Assembly: GCA_964619725.1 (NCBI GenBank)
Contig: CAZUFC010000020.1
Location: 54,945 to 81,140, forward strand
Length of the DNA stretch: 26,196 bases
Direction of reading: 5' to 3'
Source: an uncultured bacterium
Lineage (GTDB): Bacteria; CSSED10-310; CAZUFC01
The notes below the pieces were generated by a model, which worked only from the letters and a program-made list of their open reading frames with translations, searched no databases and was not told where the DNA came from. The translations under genes were made by a program, and so were the position numbers. How positions within the stretch are numbered: position 1 is the stretch's first letter; every line of letters starts with the position of its first letter. Below, one piece after another: positions 9,275 through 17,105 of this stretch.

Positions 9275-9976
9275 TTGAAAAGTAATGACCTGCATATTCG
9301 CCTGGAGTCGGTCGCTTTTTCTTCCGACGGTAAACAGATATTAAAAAATATCGCTTTTGAAGCGAAAAGGGGAGAAAGAGCGGCCGTCACAGGACCGTCA
9401 GGAAGCGGAAAAACGACTTTTCTGCGCATCATTAACGGTTTGGCCGTTCCCGATAAAGGCAGAATATACATCGGCGATACCGAAATTTCAGATATTCACC
9501 GGGGAGAATTGAGGATTCGAGCGGGTCTGGTGCACCAGGAACCAGCGCTGCTTCAGGGAACCATACGTCATAATTTAACCTGGGCTTTCAACCTGAAAGC
9601 CGTAAAATGGAAATATCCGGATCAAAAAGAACTCGAAAGTATCCGGCAGGAATGCCGCTTTGAAAGTCTCTCCTTGGATCGACCTGTCAGCAAACTTTCC
9701 GGAGGTGAAAAACAGCGAGTCGCCATTGCGCGCACGCTTCTGTTGAATCCGGAAATTCTCCTACTTGACGAACCCACTTCAGCCCTAGATATTGAAACCG
9801 CTCTCGACATTCTCTCCCGCATTGCTCAAAAAAGAACGGAAATGACCATCATCGCCGTTACTCACGCTGCTGAGCTGATGAAGCATTTTTCCAGGACCTA
9901 CGTGATGACTGCAGGAATTCTCAGAGAATCTGAAATAAATGCGGCCTCTGAAATTAATGAGAAGGAAAAAAAATGA
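9275..9976 (+). CDS. ABC transporter ATP-binding protein (FetA/YbbL-like)
   Basis: GPSGSGKT, LSGGEKQR, ILLLDEPTSALD, VTH; TTG start; overlaps the next gene by ATGA. Confidence 0.85.
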   Translation: MKSNDLHIRLESVAFSSDGKQILKNIAFEAKRGERAAVTGPSGSGKTTFLRIINGLAVPDKGRIYIGDTEISDIHRGELRIRAGLVHQEPALLQGTIRHNLTWAFNLKAVKWKYPDQKELESIRQECRFESLSLDRPVSKLSGGEKQRVAIARTLLLNPEILLLDEPTSALDIETALDILSRIAQKRTEMTIIAVTHAAELMKHFSRTYVMTAGILRESEINAASEINEKEKK

Positions 9977-10749
9977 ACGGCGCCGTAGACATCACTTATC
10001 CCGCTCTTATTTTCGCTTACGGACTTTCATTTTTAACAGCGCTTTTAATGCATTTCGTGGGATCGGGACAGGTAAAAGACTTTTTCATTGCCCTGGCGCG
10101 GTGTACGGTGCAACTCACCATAATGGGTTTCTTTCTGGAGTATCTTTTCAAATGGGACCGGGCCTGGTTGACCCTGGCCGTGTTTATGATGATGGCGCTT
10201 TTCGCTTCCAGGATAATACTGCAAAGGTCAAAAACAGGTTTGAAAGGCATCTGGATATATATTTTGCTGTCTGTGGCTGCAGGCGGCGGCGGGGTTATCT
10301 GTTACTTCCTGTTCATAATCGTCAAACCCGATCCTTTTTTTAACGCCCGTTACGTAATTCCTCTGGCGGGCATGATCATGGGCAATTCAATGAACGGAAG
10401 CGCACTGGCTCTCGACCGTTATTATCATGAGCTGAAAAACAACGTGAAACTCGTTGAAACGAAACTATCCCTGGGCGCATCGCCTGCTGAGGCAGCTCAG
10501 GATGCCTTTCAATCCTCTTTTCGCTCCGCGTTGACGCCAATGCTGAGCAACATGGCAGGCATGGGTCTGGTTTTCCTGCCGGGCATGATGACGGGTCAAA
10601 TCCTGGGCGGCAGTCCTCCCCTGGTAGCCATAAAATACCAGCTAGCCATCATGCTGGCCATATCAGCCTCCGTCGCCGTTACATCAATCCTTATCCTCAA
10701 ATTCGCGTCACGAAGATTGTTCACGCCTGACTGGCGGCTGCAAATCTGA
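9973..10749 (+). CDS. fetB: ABC transporter permease, UPF0014 (FetB/YbbM-like)
   Basis: Family motifs RCTVQL, YVIPLAGMIMGNSM, LSLGA, GLVFLPGMMTGQILGG, AIKYQ. Confidence 0.85.
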   Translation: MNGAVDITYPALIFAYGLSFLTALLMHFVGSGQVKDFFIALARCTVQLTIMGFFLEYLFKWDRAWLTLAVFMMMALFASRIILQRSKTGLKGIWIYILLSVAAGGGGVICYFLFIIVKPDPFFNARYVIPLAGMIMGNSMNGSALALDRYYHELKNNVKLVETKLSLGASPAEAAQDAFQSSFRSALTPMLSNMAGMGLVFLPGMMTGQILGGSPPLVAIKYQLAIMLAISASVAVTSILILKFASRRLFTPDWRLQI

Positions 10750-10921
10750 GTTGATAATCCATTGTCAATTCAGGGAGGGTTGATTTCATTCAAACTGTTG
10801 TTAATAGAGAAACCATGAATCACTATCATGTAGTCTGCCAAATAATTCGATACGAGTAAATTCGGGACTGATCAAACAGAAGTTACAATTCTATCAAAAC
10901 TTTCGACAGTTTGTTTCTGTA

Positions 10922-10951
10922 ATCGGGGACGGTATCGGGATCGAAATCGAA
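10922..10951. repeat. Degenerate hexamer tandem repeat, 5 units
   Basis: atcggg gacggt atcggg atcgaa atcgaa. Confidence 0.6.
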
Positions 10952-11146
10952 ACACAATGATGAGACATTCTGTAGAATTGCAACCCCAGAATCCAAAAGA
11001 CACATTTTTGACTACTGCCGTAAATTCCAGGGAAAAAGACAGCGAACAGCATCGTGTTCTTAATTTTCCGGCAAATCCGTTTCTTCAAATGATGTGATGA
11101 ACCTCAAGCGTTTCACATCAACCGATCGCCTTCTGGGTCTCTATCC

Positions 11147-11261
11147 TTTCGCGTGAATTCGCGAAATTTCGCGGATCAAAAAAGCCCCCTCCGATATCTT
11201 TAAATAATTAAAGCATTTCCTAAGAATTATTATCCGCGAAATCACGCAAATTTACGCGAAA
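11147..11261. repeat. 30-bp imperfect inverted repeat, each arm three 10-nt units, 55-nt spacer
   Basis: 11147-11176 tttcgcgtga attcgcgaaa tttcgcggat versus reverse complement of 11232-11261 tttcgcgtaa atttgcgtga tttcgcggat: 26/30 match. Confidence 0.8.
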
Positions 11262-11435
11262 AGAGAAGAGCATAATGATGAATTTTTACGTTTGGCGGAG
11301 CCATTACGGGTCAGGAGTTCAATATCATCGTATTGAAACTGTTTGTTTTCGGAAAGCTCCTGGTTATTACTGGTTTCTTTTGCGATAACGATCCCGTCTG
11401 AATGATTGTGTAAACTATGTCCAAAACTGAGATTC

Positions 11436-11473
11436 AAAACTCCCGTTATGCCGAACTTCACATCACGGGAGTT
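11436..11473 (-). terminator. Probable intrinsic terminator of the C25 protease gene
   Basis: Perfect 9-bp inverted repeat aactcccgt (11438-11446) / acgggagtt (11465-11473), extendable inward, ending in a short T run on the minus strand, about 30 nt past the stop. Confidence 0.6.
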
Positions 11474-11502
11474 CTGAAAGTGACCTCTTGAGTGAAGGGC
11501 TG

Positions 11503-14500
11503 CTATTCCGGAGCGTAACCGAATTGGACGCTGTCCCATTCTCCCTGGATATCGTTGAACGCGCTGTTGAGTAAGGCGCCGTGAAAATAAAGACCGGAGA
11601 CCGTTTCCCTGCCGGTATCAGGCCAATTGAAAGGTCCCAGCACGTTTAATTCAAGTCCGTACTTTCCGGGAGCGGTCATCACGAATTGGAAATTTGCCGG
11701 AAAGGGGACCCAATCAGGCCATACCCAGTATTCACCCATCGCTTCCAGAAGGACTGCGAGGGGCATTCCGCCTCTGTCCTGGCCGTCGCTTCCGATTATG
11801 GCTTTCAGGATAAATTCGTCGCCGGGACAGAAGATGTTTTTTGAAATATCCAGATCGACGCCCAGATTGGACGGCAGGTCCTGAGACGGTTCGACGAAGT
11901 ATCCTTGAATTTTCAAATCGTCTATATTCCAGCCGCTGTTCGCTGCGGTACGTCCGTGGGAATACAGCCTAAACCTGATACGGACGACGGGACGGCCGTC
12001 TGCCCAGGAGGAAATGTCGAATTCCCGGTGGTCCCAATCGCCTGTTGAGATGTTGCCGGCGGAAGTCCAGATGTTTTGCCAGCCTTCACCGGCGTCAATG
12101 TCCAGAAAAACTTTGGTCAAACCTGACTTGTAGGTCAGGTTCAACCAGTCCCAGTAGTATAAGCGGGTATGACTTATATTTGAACAACAGAAGGGTGGCG
12201 AGATCAGTGAACAATCCGACTCCAGATCATAGCGTCCGTCTTCTGTCACGTCCGTTCCCCATATTTTTCCTTCACCTGATGTGTGATCGTGGTCCGGATC
12301 GGGAGCGCCGAACATCCACTGTCCTTTTCCTTCGGGTTTAGCGTTTTCCCATTGTCCGTCGCCTTCTTCCACCCAACCCGAATAAGTTTCAAAATGATCC
12401 TCCAGGACGACCTGCAGCTTCCGGGTCCTGACGACATGAAACTGTCCTCCGGCATCGTCGAGAGTTCTGTTGCCGGCAGCATCCGAGCTCCCGAAAGAAG
12501 CATAATAGCAAGTGTCCTCGTTCAGTCCTCTGATCTCCGCGAAATGTTCCGTCACCAGTTCGTCCGACCGGTATTCAAATCCCGGAGGAACGGACGGTCC
12601 GTAAGTAATGACTGTCGAAGCGGGTTCATCCGTCGTCCACTCCACCGTAAAATTGTCGTTTTCAATGTCCGTGATGTTCAGATCGTAAATCGCAGGACTC
12701 TCGCAATCGATCGTCGACTCCGCTTCAGCGATCTCGGATGATCCATTGCAGTCGGCATCCTCATATAAAGCCGTCACCGCATCCCCGTGGGACACCTGGA
12801 GCGTCTCCGGCGACGTCTCACAGGAAAAAACGACAGAACCGGCAAATTCAGAAGTATTCATGCCGGTTTCAACAAGGAGAACGGTCAATCCTTCCGAATC
12901 AGTCGTCGAGCTGATGGAAACGGAAACGGTTTCCGCTTCATAAGGATCAACATTAAGCCCCGTATCCCATACCGTTAGATAAGCCTGATCCTCGCACCCA
13001 TAATAATCCCTGTCGAATGCCATGACTCCGCATTCTGGAGGAATTATACCGACCGTGCCCTGATACTGATAAGAATTTTGAGCCGTCGCTGTTATGATCA
13101 ACTCACCGAGAGACCTCATGTAAAAATTGAACTCAGCCTGCCCCTGCTCATCCGTATATTGAGCCTGAACTTTTTGTTCATCCAGGCTAACGCAAACGAG
13201 CGTCCCCGCCGACGGCGAACCATTTTCCGTCACTGTTACGGAAAATTCTGCTGAGCCCGGATACATGCTTTCCGGATAATCGACCGTCAGCTCCGAAGGC
13301 TGCATTGTACGGACGCAACAGGCCGGATCACCCAGCAGCAGGTAAGTCCTGGCGTTAAACTCGCCCATTTCGCTCATGGGAATCATCACAGATTTAGCTG
13401 AATAAACCACATCGCCGATTCGTCCTGTTCCGGCATCAAAAATCAGTTTGTATATTTCCTTATCATACGCGCTGTTTTCATCTGTAAATGAAGCGCGCGT
13501 CGCCGCCAAAGCCGTTACGGCTCCATTTTGGCCATCGCTGCCCGTGGAAAGCCAGGCTTCAGCCAGGCATGGGCTGTCCGCATCCAGGCTCGCATTGTGA
13601 CATGCAATATTGAAGACATGCGGCGTGCGTGCTCCGTTTTCCAGTAAGTCTACGTCATCAGTATCCCAACCCGGGTCCCAGGTCCAGGAATAACTCGAAC
13701 CGTGCCCCCGGTAATTCACAAGCCCTACACCCGAACATAAAGCATCAATAACGTCCTCCCGGGTCCCTCCTTCCGGCGGATATACCTTGATCGCCACAGG
13801 CATCTGCCGGCTGTACGGATACTCCGCTATAAGGTTCTTATCTTTCGTATAGGACAAAGGGTATTCCTCCTCGTGTGCGCACAACAGAGTGTATTCCCAA
13901 AAGCTTGCATCCTCGGGTTCCAGGAGATAGTTCAAGGTCCTTTGCACCTGGTGGGAAAGTTCTTCGAGCGATGTGACGGAAAAGCGGCCCACCGATATTT
14001 CAGGGTATGGATCGTCGCCTTCCAAGCATGCGTAATAATGATCGCCCATATGACTGTAGCATTCATGTATGGGGATTCGTGCAATATCGCCCGCCAGCAG
14101 ACAATAATCCAATCCTTCAGTTTCATAAACGCGTCTTATGGACTCATGAATATCCTCTTTTTCGTTTCCTGTTTCAGATAACGGACTGATCTTTACCTGG
14201 AATCCGCAACTCCGGTAGTATTCAGCCAGAGGTTCGATCCCGGATGAATACTCGTCCGCGGCGATAATCAAATACGAAGGTATCTCTGAACGGTCTGCAG
14301 CCACAGAAGGCCGTATGTCCCTGTAATTCATCAGCGCAGTCTCATACAAGCGATCTCGAAGAGGCGATATGGGTCCTGCATCGGATAATTTGACGTTTTC
14401 TCCGCCTTCTCCGTCGTAGCGGATCGCTATTCGCATGCGCAGCGTTACCAAAAGACGGTTTTCACGCGGAACAGCCCTTACTGGAAATATTTCGATATCA

Positions 14501-15009
14501 GCGATCCTGAAGTCCCGCCAGACGGATACGCTCCTTATTCGCGCCGACTGGAGGGGATAAGGCTCCAATGAGTCATATACACGTTCGTTCAACTCAAATG
14601 AGACAGACGACGAATCATCCATTCGAGGTTCCGGCGCCGGCAGAATATTATAACCGTCGTGAATTACCTCTTCCTGATCAAGTATCTCAATTACCGGTCG
14701 CTTCCTGTCGTCGATAATAAGTTTCCTCAGTATCCTCGGCAAAGCAGGATATCCAGGTTTCCTGATTTCATCTTCCCCGGGCAGAACAACCTTCTGGAAG
14801 ACCTGATCTCCGGCATCATGCTCTTGCACATCGAATCCGCCAAATTCGAGGTCTATGAGAATCTCATCCGGGTCGCTTCTGACGATTTCAACCGCGGTCT
14901 TCAAAGTTTCGACCTCTTTTCCGGACGACTCAACCCGAAAATGTGAAGCCGGGGTTTCAAACGTCTGCAGAAAACACAAAATAACCGCAAACAGCCAAAC
15001 CTTTCTCAT
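11503..15009 (-). CDS. Secreted gingipain-like C25 cysteine peptidase with propeptide, Ig/FN3-like modules and a shared ~120-aa C-terminal domain
   Basis: Signal peptide; propeptide-type PGYPALP; YLII...LLAGD...DHYY...VGRF; catalytic VNYRGHG (His codon 13702-13704) and NIACH (Cys codon 13600-13602); LLGDP; FN3-like WTTDEPA...H; GWNIDD beta-sandwich. Confidence 0.9.
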   Translation of the reverse strand: MRKVWLFAVILCFLQTFETPASHFRVESSGKEVETLKTAVEIVRSDPDEILIDLEFGGFDVQEHDAGDQVFQKVVLPGEDEIRKPGYPALPRILRKLIIDDRKRPVIEILDQEEVIHDGYNILPAPEPRMDDSSSVSFELNERVYDSLEPYPLQSARIRSVSVWRDFRIADIEIFPVRAVPRENRLLVTLRMRIAIRYDGEGGENVKLSDAGPISPLRDRLYETALMNYRDIRPSVAADRSEIPSYLIIAADEYSSGIEPLAEYYRSCGFQVKISPLSETGNEKEDIHESIRRVYETEGLDYCLLAGDIARIPIHECYSHMGDHYYACLEGDDPYPEISVGRFSVTSLEELSHQVQRTLNYLLEPEDASFWEYTLLCAHEEEYPLSYTKDKNLIAEYPYSRQMPVAIKVYPPEGGTREDVIDALCSGVGLVNYRGHGSSYSWTWDPGWDTDDVDLLENGARTPHVFNIACHNASLDADSPCLAEAWLSTGSDGQNGAVTALAATRASFTDENSAYDKEIYKLIFDAGTGRIGDVVYSAKSVMIPMSEMGEFNARTYLLLGDPACCVRTMQPSELTVDYPESMYPGSAEFSVTVTENGSPSAGTLVCVSLDEQKVQAQYTDEQGQAEFNFYMRSLGELIITATAQNSYQYQGTVGIIPPECGVMAFDRDYYGCEDQAYLTVWDTGLNVDPYEAETVSVSISSTTDSEGLTVLLVETGMNTSEFAGSVVFSCETSPETLQVSHGDAVTALYEDADCNGSSEIAEAESTIDCESPAIYDLNITDIENDNFTVEWTTDEPASTVITYGPSVPPGFEYRSDELVTEHFAEIRGLNEDTCYYASFGSSDAAGNRTLDDAGGQFHVVRTRKLQVVLEDHFETYSGWVEEGDGQWENAKPEGKGQWMFGAPDPDHDHTSGEGKIWGTDVTEDGRYDLESDCSLISPPFCCSNISHTRLYYWDWLNLTYKSGLTKVFLDIDAGEGWQNIWTSAGNISTGDWDHREFDISSWADGRPVVRIRFRLYSHGRTAANSGWNIDDLKIQGYFVEPSQDLPSNLGVDLDISKNIFCPGDEFILKAIIGSDGQDRGGMPLAVLLEAMGEYWVWPDWVPFPANFQFVMTAPGKYGLELNVLGPFNWPDTGRETVSGLYFHGALLNSAFNDIQGEWDSVQFGYAPE

Positions 15010-15157
15010 GTTTTTCCCCCTACCTTTACGAAATCGAAAAAACCTTCAACCCTTAAAAAGGAATTTTCTCTTTCAACCCTTTACGACATATCGGCAGAAA
15101 GGCCCTACATTTTTTAATTATTCAGTGATATTATAAAAGTCAAATTTTTTTATGTTT

Positions 15158-16846
15158 TCAAATATCGGGAGGACCGAAACCGAAGGTCCAGAGTGCCAGG
15201 CCTTGTTCTCCGCCCAGGATATCCGTCATGGAGGAATTCAGCATGGCTGCCCAGAAATGCAGGCCTGACATGGTTTCCTGTCCGGTATCAGGCCATGAAA
15301 ATTCCGAAATGATCATCAGCTCGTCCGTGGGCTGGGGAAGTTCGATGTAATTGAAGTCGATCTCCTGTGTCCATTCGTCCCAGTACCAGTATTGGCCCTG
15401 TATATCCAGGATGACGAACAGGGGCACGGATGCGGGAGGCTCGATGTAGTTGTAAAGCAGCGCTTTCAGCCATACGGGGTCCTGGAATGAAAAGTAATCG
15501 CCGGGCATTTGAAGTCCGACCCCTAAGAATATTTCCGGAGTGGGAGTATGGGTTACGCCGGGCGTGCATGTCGGGAAGGGGGTTGGAGTTAATTGGGGCG
15601 GAACGGGATAATGGCGACCCATGTCCACTATGCCGGAATCGGTCTCACCGCCGGCGACGGTCGTCAATTCATTCATGCATAAGGTTTCGCCTACAGCGGT
15701 AAAGCATACATCCTGGGCATCCTGACCGCCGGCGTCTATGCAGGGGCTGTCTTCAGGCTGACCGGCCTCCTCGCTGCTTAAATAATAATCACCCTCCGGC
15801 CCCACAACGAAAAGCGGGTCCAGATCGATGTTTCCCTCACCTTCATAGCCTCCCATAACGTCCGAATATGTGATTGAATCGGCATTAAGATTCAGTCCGT
15901 CCCAAATAATGGAATTTTCGATTATCGCTCCGCTGCCGTCTATACCGTCTCCATGATCGCTTGCATAATTGTCCGCAATCGTGCAATTGTACATTTCTAT
16001 TGATGCGCATCTTATTCCGCCCCCTTTTCCGACTCCCTCTCCGCCATAGCCGTCTCCGTTCGAAACGTTGCCCGTGATTAAGCAGTTCGTTAATAAAGCC
16101 CCGCTCGCATCGCAATACAGTCCGCCCCCTTCGGCATCAATGTACATTCCTTCTTCATAACCCGCATAATTGCCGGAAATAACCGTGTCGTTGATCGTTA
16201 TCAGTCCGTCCATGGAATAGACGCCGCCTCCGTATCCCACGCCTATAGTCTGCACGCACAACGCCTGATTGCCGGCAATACGGCTGCCCGTCACCGTTAT
16301 CGTTGAATACTCCGTGTATATTCCGCCGCCGAATAAATCGCATCCGTCAATCGTGTTGTCGGCAATCGTGCAATTCACTATATGCGCGGATGAGTAACTG
16401 CATGCGATTCCGCCGCCGAATCCGGCGCATCCCGTGAAACCGTTGTTGACTACATTACAGTTCTTTATCATCGGCGATGATGTTTGACAATATATGCCGC
16501 CGCCTACATTCATCTCGCCGTTCCGTATCGTGAATCCCTCCAATACGGAATCCGCTTCCTCTCCCCAGTGAAAATGGAATCCGCGGCCATATCCCTGACA
16601 ATCTACAATGCAATTCTCCGGACCGTTTTCGGATGCCACAGTAATGGCTTTGCCCAGAAAGTCCAGACCTCTCTCCGTATATGTGCCGTCCGCCGCAAGC
16701 ACAGTATCCCCATCCTCTGCCGCATCTATCCCCGCCTGTATGTCCGGCTCGTCGCCAGGAACATGTATCACCGCCGCGCTTGTCTCTGCAGCGACACTCC
16801 AGAATAAAACGCATAATAAATTTAATATCATCATTATTCTCAGCAT
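15158..16846 (-). CDS. Secreted right-handed parallel beta-helix protein with Pro/Thr linker and the shared ~120-aa C-terminal domain
   Basis: Signal peptide; IHVPGD..DIQAGIDAAEDGDTVL..DGTY cap; repeated GGG(I/V/L) units; GNIDLDPLF...SPCIDAG. ATG 16846 with AAGGAG 7 nt upstream is preferred over 16882. Confidence 0.87.
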   Translation of the reverse strand: MLRIMMILNLLCVLFWSVAAETSAAVIHVPGDEPDIQAGIDAAEDGDTVLAADGTYTERGLDFLGKAITVASENGPENCIVDCQGYGRGFHFHWGEEADSVLEGFTIRNGEMNVGGGIYCQTSSPMIKNCNVVNNGFTGCAGFGGGIACSYSSAHIVNCTIADNTIDGCDLFGGGIYTEYSTITVTGSRIAGNQALCVQTIGVGYGGGVYSMDGLITINDTVISGNYAGYEEGMYIDAEGGGLYCDASGALLTNCLITGNVSNGDGYGGEGVGKGGGIRCASIEMYNCTIADNYASDHGDGIDGSGAIIENSIIWDGLNLNADSITYSDVMGGYEGEGNIDLDPLFVVGPEGDYYLSSEEAGQPEDSPCIDAGGQDAQDVCFTAVGETLCMNELTTVAGGETDSGIVDMGRHYPVPPQLTPTPFPTCTPGVTHTPTPEIFLGVGLQMPGDYFSFQDPVWLKALLYNYIEPPASVPLFVILDIQGQYWYWDEWTQEIDFNYIELPQPTDELMIISEFSWPDTGQETMSGLHFWAAMLNSSMTDILGGEQGLALWTFGFGPPDI

Positions 16847-17105
16847 ACCCTTTCTCCTTTCAGAGTCTGAAAACAACTCCACATAAGGGCAATTTTCATG
16901 CCTTAATCATATCATTTTTCATTTCTGGAAGAAAATGTCTTAAAAGCTTTGTTAATAATGAATTAAGCGGTCCATCTTCTGCAACCGTTTTTCACGTCAT
17001 TCGGTTGCGGGCTCAAAGTGCACCTTTTTGGTTGTACGACTGGGCAAAATACGCCTGAATAATCCTCTAATTCCGGGGCTATGCTTTGAAGCAAATGCCG
17101 CAGAT

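Noticed and set aside
10788-10800. 13-mer attcaaactgttg repeated at 24144-24156, both intergenic
   Set aside because: Several exact 13-mer repeats are expected by chance in 26 kb, and flanking similarity is too patchy.
10750-11502. Possible CRISPR array or small genes (10894..11088, 11252..11539) in the repeat-rich gap
   Set aside because: No regularly spaced direct repeats with spacers, no cas genes, and the ORFs lack convincing RBS or motifs.
11503-11865. Reading the shared C-terminal domain as a T9SS CTD, autotransporter barrel, dockerin or SLH domain
   Set aside because: No YPNP/GxY-type T9SS motifs, too short for an autotransporter barrel, and no duplicated dockerin Ca-loop or SLH motif. 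A remote structural relationship cannot be excluded without modelling.
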